From: Haliotis rufescens
Lineage: Eukaryota
NCBI RefSeq assembly: GCF_023055435.1
Contig: NW_025964383.1
Span: forward strand, 34,100,001-34,164,000
DNA length: 64,000 bases
Reading direction: 5' to 3'
The translations under genes were made by a program, and so were the position numbers. A model generated the notes under the pieces. That model did no database searches and was not told the DNA's origin. It worked only from the letters and a program-made list of their open reading frames with translations. Shown one piece after another: positions 1 to 12,730 of the stretch; the stretch's first letter is position 1; each line of letters opens with the position of its first letter.

Positions 1-490
1 ACAATTTTGGAAAAATCTCTAACATTGGCTTTATAATTATCTTTCACAAAAGAATTTGACAAAATATCTTATTTCTCTTATACTTCATTCAGTCACACAA
101 TTTTATTGGGAAAGAGGCATATTCATGTATGTGGAATCAAAGGAATCAAGCCGAAAATAAATATTAAAACTACTTAAAAACATGTATTCAATCGAAAAAT
201 GTAGTGCTATGTTAAAGGATGACAGAAATAACTTTAACAAATGTGTATTGTGCCATTCTATGAAATCCGAAATATGTATTTGACGGAATACTGTATTACT
301 CTACAACTTGAACAATAAAAAATTAAAAAAGCAAATTTTATTATGCCTACCATGGCTATGCTTGAAATTAAATACCTCGTCATGAAGTAACATGAACGAA
401 GATTGGTGACACATTTTCATTTATTATGTGCGCACAAAATACACATTTAGCAATATGGCATGATCAATATTTGGATATAAATACATCTGA

Positions 491-3400
491 TTAGCACCAC
501 CCGGGGCTCCAAACGCCTCCATACTTTCTTGGGTCAGATGCAGGATCTGGATTGGGATAATTGGCTGGCACCATCGTCTTCTTGTACTCCTCAAACCGAG
601 CACGCAACTTCGCCACCATGTCCGGCGTCTTCTGTGCAAGGTCGTTGTGCTCAGTTGGATCCTCTGGATATGTATCAGAATATTTGTTCGGGGAATAGAA
701 ATTTACAAACAATATACATTCATATATATTCTGCACATCTCTTGGAAACAGAAAGTGCCCTGTGGTATGGATCAAGTTGGTATATATAGGATGATGAAAA
801 CCTAACACAAACCAGGTCTTGAAAACCATCGGTATGTGTGGGTTCGTCTATCTATTGATTGTATTTTATTATGGGTCGATCAAATCACGAGCCGAATCCA
901 AACACACAGTATGTTAAGCTTTGCTGCAGGACATATAGATGTTTTTAGGTACTGTGTGATCACCACTTAGAAGATCTAGGAAAGACATGACCTATGACTC
1001 TTATGTAGAATAATTGTGTACCTCGAATGTTGAAGAGTTGGACTGGCTCATCTCCCTTGATGTAAACTGGCTCTTCATATATGTCATCCTGGGTTCCGTT
1101 CATGGGTCTGTACCAGCCATCAAGTTCTCCAGGGTACCCTAGGATCAGCTTGTAGTCTCCTACTCTAATACAAGAATGCAGACACCACCACATCAAACAA
1201 GTATCTGTTTGCTTTTAAGAATGTATTTAGTTCAATGGCATGTGATATTGCATGTGAAATAGGAAGGTCATCAATGTAAATGTAAAAAACGCCGTACTAA
1301 ATCATACAGGTTATTCTTACAGCCTGTTGCATGTTATCTAGTTTGATGATAAAACATCCTAAAATACCTTATTCCAGCATGACCTTCCATTGGAATTTCA
1401 AAGTAGTCAATGTTGTAGATGAACTCCGTCCTTGGTGAGGGGAGGCCGTTTCGAATCGAATTCCAAAGACTCATTCCATCAATGGTAGGTTCTTTGCCCC
1501 ATATACAATGAAAGGTGTAAAAACAATTCGTAATACCTTGCCGATTTGGGTTGTTTTACGAAACAACTGATCAACTTATCAACAAACGACACATTAAAAG
1601 TTACAAAATAGGTGTTCCTTATTGCAATTGTGAAATATCAATGAGAATCTCCCTACCTGGCGTTCCCCCAGCAGCAGATACTAAAGTAGGCTTCCAATCG
1701 ACAGCGTGGATCATCCTGTTTCGTGATAGGAGAGATACACATATATAATAAAACCCATGCTTAAAGCCACCAAATACTGACTGTTGCAACTCAATAATTT
1801 TAGCTTATGTACTAAATAATAAATAAGAGGTATTAATACAATTTTCTATAAGGTGCATTTTGAAGAAACTAACATATTATAAGATTCTGTGCGATTACAG
1901 TTGTGTAACAATGTGTAAATGATTATGCAAGCATTCGAAATAGGAAATTTTATACAGCCCTTTGCATTTTACTGACCAACCGTATGTTTGTTGAAGTTCG
2001 AATAAGGATCATTTACTTTACTTTGGATCAGGACTTTTTATAACAGGATTATTGGGTTTGGTCTAATTGTATGTTGTGGTGTTACCCATCGTATCTCGTC
2101 CTTGTCTTCTGGAGCCCAGCACCGTACATGAAGGATGCCCCCTTAGTGCCCCCCTCCCAGATCGTGAACTTCCCTCCCCTCAGAGGCCAGTTGTTGGAAT
2201 ACGCTTGAATATGACCTCCATTCTGAATTATCAATGGTTTCATACAAGGCACAATGACCTGATTAGCAGTGTGTTGAAACATAACTATCCAGAAAAACAA
2301 ATACCGTTTAATGTAACTGTCAAGAAAATGTATTTAACCCTTCGTTAAATGAAACAAATATGCACATATAGCAGTTCAACGTATTCTTGTCTCACACAGC
2401 TATCATTGGAAAAGTATGATTATAACATAGAACTTCTTGAGGGCATGTTTCTTTCATTCATAATTATAAAACTATCAACAGGAAAAAAATACTAGTTCTG
2501 CTGCCCTGGATTCCAGATTGACAAAAAGCATACTTTTGTTGGTTTTTGGCAAGCCATATTTAATGTTAAAAACGGGAAGTCTTCCCTTATGTGTCATAAT
2601 TCACAAAGCCGCCTCCGATTTCAAAAATAGGGTATCATTTATGCACAAAATTTATTTAAAATCTCGCCATTGATGACACTGAAAGTACTTACGTCTGCGG
2701 TGAATAAAATCAGAGTATTTTCAAACAAGCCCCGATCTTTCAGGGCCTGGGTAACATTTCCCACTGCCTCATCCAGGGCAGATACCATTCCTGTTGGGAA
2801 TGAAAATAGTTTGCCAGAGCTTTGAACAATATTTCAAATATGTCATGATGTGTGAACTTTATCCGGGTCAAATCAACTCATCAAGAGGAATACAAACTTT
2901 ACTGAAACACTAATCATGATGCTTTCTGAGAAACAAAATATGAGGACTTCAGGGACAAGTTTTTTTAAAGAAACAGCTGGCAAATACATAAAATTCCATA
3001 CCACTGTACTTTCTTCGCCCTTCGTTCATCACGTTCGGATACATATCCTCATACTTCTTCGGAACCTGTGATGTCAAATATTAAGGTACACACATTGACA
3101 AACGGAACATACCCATATACATTGTGTTTTGTTTTGTTTGTTGTTTAACGCCGCACTAAGCAATATTCCAGCTATATGACGGCGGTCTGAAAAATAATCG
3201 ACTCTGGACCAGACAATCCAGCGATTGATATCATGAGCATCGATCAACGCAATTGGGATCGATGACATGTATCAACCAAGTCAGCGAGTCTGACCACCCG
3301 ATCCCGTTAGTCGCCTTTTACGACAAGCATAGTCGCCTATTACGGCAAGTATGGGATGCTGACGACCTATTCTACCCCGGCATCTTCACGGGTCCATTTA

Positions 3401-6400
3401 CATTGTGCACAAATGACAAATCACCCTCAGGATCATCATCCTTAATCATCAAATTAGCATCAATCAGAAATTGCTCATTGAAATTGTAATGAATTGATTC
3501 AATCGTAAATATACATATGATCTCTTGACAACAATGTCTTTAGAAATAATCCAACTGCCGAGCATGTTGAAAAACAGACAACTTGCTCAACCCTCAAGAA
3601 AGGCTGGTAAAAGAAAACAGGTACACGTTCTCAATACTTTGTTTTTCATGTACCTCAATAGGAGCATGTACACTTTGATAAGGGAGGTACATGAACAGCG
3701 GCTGTGATACATCATGACGATGGATTATGTCAACGGCTCTCTGGGCGAATGTGAACTGAAATAAGGTAAAGGTAAGAAGGAATTTATTCAATGGTCGAAT
3801 CAGTACACGACTCCCAGAGGTGTCAGATGTATCACAGGAAATATGCATTTTAAAATTAGTCGTGATTGGTATAACAGTTGTAACTGAAGTTAGTAGCAAA
3901 ACAATGTCAAGTGGCATACTTACAGCAGAATATTCACCAGAATAGTTTCTTGCAGGAAGCTTGTTGTCCCTGAAGTCTAAGTAACCCCCTGTTGACATAT
4001 GAAATATTTACACTATTATAAATCTGCTTTCATGTACAGGGTTGATACTGAAACATAAATACCTGAAACCAAATCTAAAACAAGCTTCAAGACAACCATA
4101 CAAGCGGAATGATTCGCACCAGCAGTGTGAGTGAAGTAGTCTTCAGCCGCATTGTAATAACCAAAGAAAGTATCGAAGCCTCGGTACGTTGGTGTGCATT
4201 CCCACTTGCAGAAACCAAGATGCCATCTGAAAAGATATTTCATATGATGAGTATAAAGCGTCAAACAGCCATTTGAAAATAATCACATTTGTAATTTGGT
4301 GTATGAATGCTCGTACATTGGTGTATCTAAGAATGACAATTGTTCATCTAAAGTAACAAATACAGGTTTAAATATTACAGTATATCTTTCATTTATTCCA
4401 TGTATATCTTATCAGTATTTGTTTTGTTTTTTCCTCTTACTGTAGCATGATACCTACTTTCCGATTATGTGCGTGGCATAACCGAGTTTCTTTAGTTCCT
4501 GGGGGAGGAATGTATAGTTGAGGGGCACACACACGTTTTGGCCATGGTTTAGTGCCATATGCTGAATATGAATTTGCCTATGTAAGAAATTTCCATATGC
4601 AGACAGGTGACGTAAAATGAAAATCATATATTAAGATTAACAACAGAGAGATGTAGAACTACCAATACTTCTGGCTATTTCAAAATTCAACAAACAATAA
4701 AGTTAGACGTCTGACTACACGGCTCAAAGACAGGTCCAACCGAACAATGAATACAGGGGCAAATCTTATGGGAGCAGAAGAATATCACTAAAAACAACTA
4801 GTAATTGTTCAGGGACTTCCCACTTACATCACGATCTGAAGTGTAAATACCCAGCTCAATGCGTTGATTTACGTGAAGATCAGATGTAGAATAGGTCTCC
4901 AACAACCCATGCTTGCCTTAAAAGGTGACAATGCTTGTCGTAAAAGCCGACTAACGGGATCGGGTGGTCAGGCTCGCTGACTTGGTTGATGCATGTCATC
5001 GCATCCCATTTGCGTGGATCGATGCTCATAACGTGAATAATTGGATTGTCTGGTCCACACTCGATTATTTACAGACCGCCGTCATATAGCTGGAATATTG
5101 ATGAGTGCGGCGTTAAACAACAACCAATCTTTCAATCAATTTACGTGCTAATATTTATAAACTTAACAACATAGTTACCTGCATGCTTGCGTGGAAGTGA
5201 TCAGTCTGACAATACGGCACTTAGATATGTCCAATCAAACAATGAGTGAAGAGGTTAACCTCCTTTAAAGAGTGAGTGAGTGAGTGAGTATGGTTTTACG
5301 CCGCAGCAATATTCCAGCACTATTACGGCGGCGGCCACCAGAAATGGGCTTCACACATTGTACCCATGTCGGAAATCGAACCCGGGTCTTAGGCGTGACG
5401 AGCGAACGCTTTAACCACTAGGCTACCCGACCGCCCCTCCTTCAAAGAGCACAATAATATCACTAAATATAACTAGCAATTTTTCAGGGACTGATCTACA
5501 GTGTAAAGACATAATCACCTGCATGCCTGCATGGAATGGATACATTCCACTCATAAAAGCTGTACGGGATCTGAAACAATGAGTGACTGATATCTGTGTA
5601 TTACAATAACATTCGCACTTTAGCAAAGCAAGCTCCACCTACATCAAGTTTATTCTTCAATCCCCTGCTACTTTTGTTTGTTTTAAATTGTTAATAGAAA
5701 TGTATTTATATACAGTTTAAGGTAATGGCTGTTGCAACTTATTGATGTGTGTGTCATATTTTACATAATTAGAATTGGCGTTACAATCGATGTCTTTTAT
5801 TATGTTTCTTGTGTTTTCATAACATTGAGAGTGAAATAATATAACAAATTACGGGCTGCACAGAGGCTGGACATATGCATTTTCAAAGATGATTCCCTCT
5901 GTGGCCAGTTTGTCGATGTTTGGGGTCTTCATGTCCGGATTACGGAAACCGACATCATTCCAGCCTGTATAAACAAACATTTGAATGAACAGCCATGAGA
6001 GAGTAGAAACTTACATTTATAGTCCACTAGTCCTTATAATGATTCTATATAGCAAAACCCCTCAAAAATAGCAAATTTCTACTAGTCCTTAACTGTTAGG
6101 CAGTTCGGCAAGGATTATAGGACTAATGCCAATTTCCAACGCTGGAGTGTACACACCACTGTGTTAATATGTGTACTTTGAAATGACATATTGCTTCAAT
6201 GGCTACTTCACATTAAATCATAAGCAATTGCCTTCAATATCTACACTCACACAAACACAGGGTTTTCCATGAAAACTCGACTGTGAGTTGGTATACACAA
6301 CCACTGTGTTATTATATTTATTTTGACAAAAGACACATTTGGAATGTCATACTGTTACAGTGGGTATTTCTCATTAAATCACTTTGTAATTGCCTTCAAT

Positions 6401-6509
6401 ATCTACACTCACCTAAATCATCTGCCACAATAAACACGATATTCGGACGCTGTGCCGATGACAATGATAAGAAAAACAGGAACAGAGCAAGGATCTGTTG
6501 AAGCCCCAT
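491..6509 (-). CDS. Arylsulfatase B-like (ARSB/ARSI/ARSJ group) secreted/lysosomal sulfatase, 14 coding exons, 478 aa
   Basis: Exons joined by hand, all GT-AG and phase-consistent: 6509-6413, 5964-5853, 5570-5519, 4561-4458, 4226-4120, 3988-3924, 3755-3654, 3065-3002, 2790-2693, 2222-2086, 1715-1657, 1491-1368, 1164-1022, 663-491 (1437 nt). Signal peptide [19 protein letters not shown]; motifs [13 protein letters not shown], formylglycine motif CSPSR (split by an intron), [29 protein letters not shown] and C-terminal WSPGWC. An acceptor at 6528-6529 implies a 5' UTR intron. Candidate AATAAA (minus strand) at 420-425. Confidence 0.95.
3127..3394 (-). mobile_element. SINE family A (no tRNA head), full-length copy in an arylsulfatase intron
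   Basis: Begins GACCCGTGAAGAT, contains GTCGTAAAAGGCGACTAACGGGATCGGGTGGTC, ends GCTGGAATATTGC..GCGGCGTTAAAC(AAC)n. Flanked by a 13-14 bp TSD CAT(A/T)TACATTGTG. Confidence 0.85.
4873..5128 (+). mobile_element. SINE family A copy
   Basis: Colinear with 3127-3394; ATTTACGTG is repeated on both sides. Confidence 0.85.
5273..5436 (-). mobile_element. tRNA-derived SINE family C
   Basis: Head GGGGCGGTCGGGTAGCCTAGTGGTTAAAGCG (A box), GGTTCGATTTCC (B box), shared 3' tail plus (ACTC)n; 14-bp TSD CCTCCTT(T/C)AAAGAG. Confidence 0.85.
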
Positions 6510-7499
6510 CACATTTGTTCCTTCAACCTAAATGAGACTGTATTCTACTGTCTGCCTACATGTTTGTGTAGCCTGGACTGATAAAGCATAATCTCAACCT
6601 TGACCTACATGTCCTGGTATTTGAGAAATCAAGTAGGAATCCTTAAACAACTTATATGAAAACAGCGAGCAAGAATCTACACGAAACAGTTTGGACATCA
6701 GTTCTCTCACCATCAACCGCAGACTGGTAACAACGACTGTAATACGAGTATACATTGCTGCCAGACAAAAATGCAACAACAAATGTGACATGCAGTCCAG
6801 TCAGATATAGAAAATAAGATGACATTTTTATTGTAGATTTTATCTGCATTCGTTCGTAAGAGTAGATCTTAGGTACGTACAATATGTTTGAAAAATACAA
6901 TACATAATTCAATATGCGATGCTGGCCAGTTAATCCTATGAACAGATGAATTAAAGGCATATTTGGCATGACTCATATTTACTCATATATTGTCAAAACA
7001 AAGTAGGGGACCATGAAATATAAATATTATGGTAGGTCGTCAGTTGAAAGACCAGCTTTGGAAAATGATTGCCACGCTTTGGTTTTGAAACCGTTCTTAC
7101 GCCCCAAAACGCCAAAAAAACATTGCACGTGGAAAACGGAATTCCTCCATACATATGTTTGGAGCGTCATTCGTAATTTAGAAACTTGTGTGAAGAGTCG
7201 TGAAAATTCTCGGAGCAATTAATAATGTCAATTGTCATTATCCAAAGTAACTCCTGAGCTTCCTTCTCTGCTTTAATGCAGTATTTGTGATCAGATTGGA
7301 AATGTGTCGTCTACAACGTGATGAACTCCTACTGACATGCTTCAAACTAGAAGCGATGTGGCAAATGTGTTCAACAACATATAGGTCCAGAACAAGTTAA
7401 GAATTGACAAATCAGAAACCAAGCTTAAAGAAATTGAGCCCAAACACCATATCAAATTATTGGTTACGTTTCTGACTTGCTCGGCGACCACGTATTGTA

Positions 7500-8090
7500 C
7501 ACCGTTAACAAATCAGCATATTCTAGCCGGAAGCCAATTGTATTTGAAGCGTTGAATACGGAGTAATCGCCCATGGTGTCATATGTATCAGAGGATAGGA
7601 AAGGCGTGGACGTTTTTTTAGGCGTCCCAACGAACGCCATGCGAAAGTCCACATAAAGCAACATAACATATTTCGGGATGGGTCTATATTCATATCACTA
7701 TGACTGCCAGAACTCAACTGTATATTGTCCATGGAAGGATAGGTGGACGGCACAACCGAAACAACATACTGGCGCCAATAGTTGTGCCGTTTGTGCATCA
7801 TTCTGGTCCACGTTTTGTCTTTCAAGACGATGCTGCTCGTGCCCACCGTACACGTATCTTAACTTAATACATCCCGCAGCAAAACATCACCAGAATGCAA
7901 TGGCCAGCCACGAGTCCTGACTGTTTTCCCAAACAGAGCACTTCAAGGACGGATACGTGTACACCATACGTCAAAAGCCACACCCGCTATGTTAGCAAAA
8001 CTGGGACAGTCTTTCAAACGAACGTCTGACCAATCATGGGGGCATGACCTATTACTGATCAAGTCACCTCAAGCGTTTACTTTCTTACCA
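7500..8090 (+). mobile_element. Degenerate Tc1-type transposase fragment
   Basis: Translatable remnants FQDDAARAHRTR and WPATSPD..EH of the DDE domain; frameshifted; boundaries approximate. Confidence 0.6.
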
Positions 8091-9749
8091 TACACCCTTG
8101 CCGTCTTTTTTGGTTCTTTGCACCCTCACAATACACCGCAAACATGTTCTTTTGATTGTCATGTAACACCAAGACCTTCCTTTTTTCCCATTCATTCATT
8201 GCCATCGCTGGCTACCTCATCGTTGTTTTCGAATATCTCCCACGCGTTTTGGAAAGTATATATACTTTGCCTGAAGGAGACTACTTGAAGTAGTGAGTAT
8301 TTGGTAATCAAGTGAGTGAATAAGTATGCAATTTTTTTTTTATAGTATTCGAAATCAGGTACCCCGACGTACTTTCACCAATTTTCTTTAATTCTTGCAT
8401 AGGTTGCTGGGTCTCTTTCCTGACCTGGAATCCTCACGGCCCCCTCAAGATATGACACATGGTAGTAACGTCTGAAATAATTTGTAAGCTGTAGTGTACA
8501 GGGTAGGGTTTTGTTCAAGGGCTAATGCTTTTGAATAGGGCTCCAAGTGATAATTTTGCATCAAATGTACTGTGAGTGTTTCACGTCGGTTCACACATTT
8601 TAACAACATGACAAATAAAGTCAGCAAAGAATGATATGAATAATATTATTATTTATCATAACGATTTTTTTCTGAACATTGCTGTGTGGTCAGTAGGTAC
8701 CTAGCTTCCTTGGTCTAATGGTCTAATGCGCCGTGATTTACAATGCAGAATTATATCTCTTGGCCACACCACCCAGGATTTGCAGCATTTATCTGTCAGA
8801 ACCATACCTTTGCTGTTGGGTTTCAGCAAACTGTTTAAACATTGAATATCTACTTCTTGAATCACGATGGACTTTCCTCCTATATTTAGTTGACACGCCG
8901 TGATGTAACTACCGTTAACAGTCCAAAGTGGTGTTGGACCGAAATCACCAACTGTATCAGTGAATCAAAAATAAAGACACATGCAGTCGACGCACATATT
9001 TTTTTCATGTGACACAAACACGAAATGAAATTCACCCATCACACTTCATATCATTTAAGCCAAATGAACACTAATCAACATACATTTTACAGATTGCACT
9101 ATTCAAATGTGTTCATAGGCTCGAGCCAGGCATCATGTTCTTTTTGGTCGCCTGTTATCCGGTTGTAGTCTCTAACCCTGTGAACAAGCAATATCCGCCG
9201 CTCATCTTGTTGTTCCTACTATGTATTGTTCAGTATGAAGTTATGTTTGAACACAGGAATTCTCACGGTTAAAGTCAAGCTCTTGAAGTATTAAAACGCA
9301 ATTTATTGGTGTTCGTTCCTTGGGTTGATGTATTACTGCTCGGCTATAACCTAATACATTATTTCCGCATATCCTTCTATTGCAGGGTGAAAGTCGTCAA
9401 GACTTTATACGAACTCGGTCGTTGACGACGGGAGACACTCCTGATAGATTCTAGGTGTCTTATACAATTTCCCTTTTTCAGGAAAAAAATAGATATTCAT
9501 TTCCAAAGCGGTGGTACGAGTAATGTTATTATAGATCAGTGCACACCTGCGAGCATATAACATGGCAAAAGATGATCACTCTGGAATAATCGTTGTAGGA
9601 AAATGACAGGGTAGGGTCATACTTATATGTAGATATATGCTGGGATTAATACAGCTGCACGGCAAGTAGGTTATTGTGGACGCCTGTGTGACAAATGACA
9701 TGTGTTCATGCGGTTGACACATGTATTGCTGTGGGGGCTCTATCTAGGC

Positions 9750-10038
9750 CGCCGTGAAGATCCTGATTAGACTACATCTGGGTCAACCAATGCTTGTCGT
9801 AAGAGGTGACTAACGGGATCGGGGGGTGGGGGGGGGGGGGGGGGGTGGGGGGGGTGGGGGGGCGCGTTCTCAGGCTCGCTGATTTGATAGATGCATGCCA
9901 AAGTATCACCAAAGTATCACACTTGAGTTGATCGATGATGTGATTGACTGGATGGTTTAGACTCGATTATTCACAGACCGCCATTGTATAGCTGGAATAT
10001 TGGTGGAAGCAGCGTTAAACAAGCAACGAACGAACAAA
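9750..10038 (+). mobile_element. SINE family A copy with internal G-run expansion
   Basis: CCGTGAAGATCC start, GTCGTAAGAGGTGACTAACGGGATC, about 40 nt of G-rich sequence replacing GGGTGG, and the shared 3' tail. Confidence 0.8.
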
Positions 10039-11515
10039 TGTGAGCAGGATGACCTTATTACCAGACGTCCCACTAGCTACTGCCACCAACGTGTAACTCC
10101 AGACCAAGGCATGCATCATTCTGTAGTAACATGGGGCTGCAATTACTTAAGCGTTAGTTTTTTCTGTACAATCCACTCTCTTTTACCCAACGTCTTTAGC
10201 TCAGAGGAGCAATAATCACCCCGTCATCTCCTTTAAAATAAAACTTAAGCATTCTTCTCGTAGATGGCCGACATAACCTTTATGACCTCTTCAAACCCAT
10301 TACAAATTGTCTTGGCTTTTTTCCATCCAGAATGTCCTCCTTGTGATCTCCTTCCAGATTCTGTGCTTGCCTCCTGTCAGAGGCCAATTGCAGGCATAAC
10401 CTTCTGTTGGACCGCCATTCTAGTGCGACATGAAATTGCTCACACTGAATGATTCAGTATGCCGATTATACTGTGGAACAGTATGATGAAGTGTATATGA
10501 TCTCTAAAATGAGATCCACATCCAATAACACAAAGCCACTTCCTTTCGTGTATTTGTATGATTGCCGATGATTAAATGTCCACTCAGCGAGAGGTAGCCT
10601 ATATGTACACGTAACGACATAACGCATTGTAACAACAAGTATCGTCTTTTAGCGTCTTTCAGTATAAGACCGGGGATCAAACCACCAACCGTCCGCTCTC
10701 CGGGCAGACGCTCTATCACACCAGTGAATAATTGATAAGTGTCCACATAAAGCGATGAAATTGAAGTTTTATGAACATGCAGCTGTTCACGTCTGTGATT
10801 AATTTAGTTGTATTGCCGAGATTTTACTCTACCCTCTCTGATATTGTTAATGTCAAATTTTGTCTCGTCACGATATGGCTGAAATATTGCCGATGTCACG
10901 TTAAACTTTAACTCACTCACTCACTTCCCTCACTGTTGTCGTCGGTAGCACTAGAAATGACACAATATACACGGTCGCCTGGCCAATTTCATCTCGGAAG
11001 TCTATAATGCTGTTACTATAACTATTACTTGATGTCGCAGAGATGGAACATAAATACCCCTGATGTTTAGACATTTGGATTCTGGTATAACAAGTATTAT
11101 CCATTTCAGTTGACATCAGTCTCAAGTGAGGGGAGGTAAACTTACAATTGTTTACTGACAAAAACGCATTTCATTACAAATCCAAAATGCACACTATCCA
11201 GGCTTGTCCTGATACATTATTGACATGGTGATCGACCATAGTGTAACAAACACTATGTCATATTGTTTTCTATGCCTGGGAATTGTCAATGACGATCATT
11301 ATTAGAGTCGCAAACCCGTATTGATCCTCCATGTTCACCTCCATTTTGATGTCCAATCACTTGATCGATCCTAGCAATACCAACACGTTAATTGACATCT
11401 GATATCAGCCACAACATCTGGGAATAATTGTCTCTGTCATTTCCCGTGGCAGTTATATACTCACCTCTCGTTGGCTCGTTTGTTTACCTCTTTCATGTTC
11501 TCTTTTAGATGATCC

Positions 11516-11870
11516 GACCGCCTCCTTGGTCTAGTGGTTGAACCTCCGCCAGGACAGCGAAATGCCGTGGGTTCGATCCCCGGCCGCGTCATACAAAAAG
11601 ACGTTAGAAGATGGTACTCGTTACCCTGTCTGGCGCTCGTCATTAAGGGGCTTAAACTAGGACTGGTCGGCTCGGAGTCAGTATGCAGTGTCTGAGTGGG
11701 GTATCAATGATACATTGCTGCGTGGTATCTCAGTGGTATAAGACTATAAAATTGGCATTAGTCCGGACTACGCACGCACTCACGCACTCACGCACACACT
11801 TAAATGCACGTATCTGTATAAGTGCAATAATCTTGAACGCGACGTTAAACCCCATTTTACCTCACCAATC
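11516..11870 (+). mobile_element. tRNA-derived SINE family D (central domain resembles MetaSINE type)
   Basis: A box TGGTCTAGTGG, B box GGTTCGATCCC, body GTCATACAAAAGACGTTAGAAGATGGTACT..GCGCTCGTCATTAAGGG, tail GCGACGTTAAACCCC; 9-bp TSD AGATGATCC. The Meta-domain assignment is from recollection and has not been aligned. Confidence 0.8.
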
Positions 11871-12585
11871 AGATGATCCCTGTAACTATATCATTGCAGA
11901 TACATTTCATTGGTGATTTTATGCGTAACGTTTCAAACAACATGTAAGTCAAAACTGGACTGTAGGAGGAACGTATGAAGACCTTTACCAAGAAGTTCTG
12001 ATATCTTGACGCCACATAACTTTCTTTTATAATTTACAACCCTCCCATCTAGCATTTTTCGTGAAAGGTGAGATAATATGAATTGTATATTCAGTGTATC
12101 TATACATAAGATAACTGTGATAGCCCAGATTTCGAACTTACCAGATGTCAATTTTAGCAAACAAATAACAACTACATGTTGGCTTTGTTTGTTTGTTATT
12201 AAACGCCATACTCAGCAATATTCGAGCGATATGACGGCGATGTGTATCTATTCGCGCCTTGATCAGACAATCAACAATTTCATCTGGTTTGAAAGACCAT
12301 TTATACATTTGTTTTGTTGTGAAAACAGTGGACAATGTCTCCTATCTCATTGTTCCGGTTTGAACCTACATAACGTTGAGTAGCAAAACCGAAAAGAAAT
12401 ATATATTGTCCACGATGTCACCACAAGGCCCAATCGTTGTGCAACGTTGCGTCCCTTAGGCACGCCAGAAGCCTGTGATTGTGCGTTCAAATCTCGATTA
12501 TGTTTCTAGGTTTGTCCGCACCATTCACGTGCTCGTGTTTTTAACAAAAGTTGTGCTTAGCCAAGGAGGATGAACTCAAGTGTCA

Positions 12586-12730
12586 TCTCTATTCCGGCCC
12601 GTTTGGTGATGATGTGTATGTTCCGGGTCATTTGGTCAAGATGTGTCTATTTCGGCACATTTGGAAAAAATGTGTATATTTCGGCACATTTGGTCATGAT
12701 GTGTATATTCTGGCACATAGGGTCATGGCT
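12586..12730 (+). repeat. Degenerate ~29-bp minisatellite, about 5 copies
   Basis: Repeating GTATATTTCGGCACATTTGGTCATGATGT-like unit. Confidence 0.7.

Noticed and set aside
3290-3394. Calling the SINE A 5' module an HDV-like ribozyme
   Set aside because: The stem order does not fit the P1-P2-P3-P1.1-P4 nested double pseudoknot; kept only as an unclassified candidate.
5370-5436. tRNA genes at A/B-box sites (also 11516, 13149, 15184, 15881, 34460)
   Set aside because: No complete cloverleaf; most continue into a SINE body with a tail, several with TSDs.
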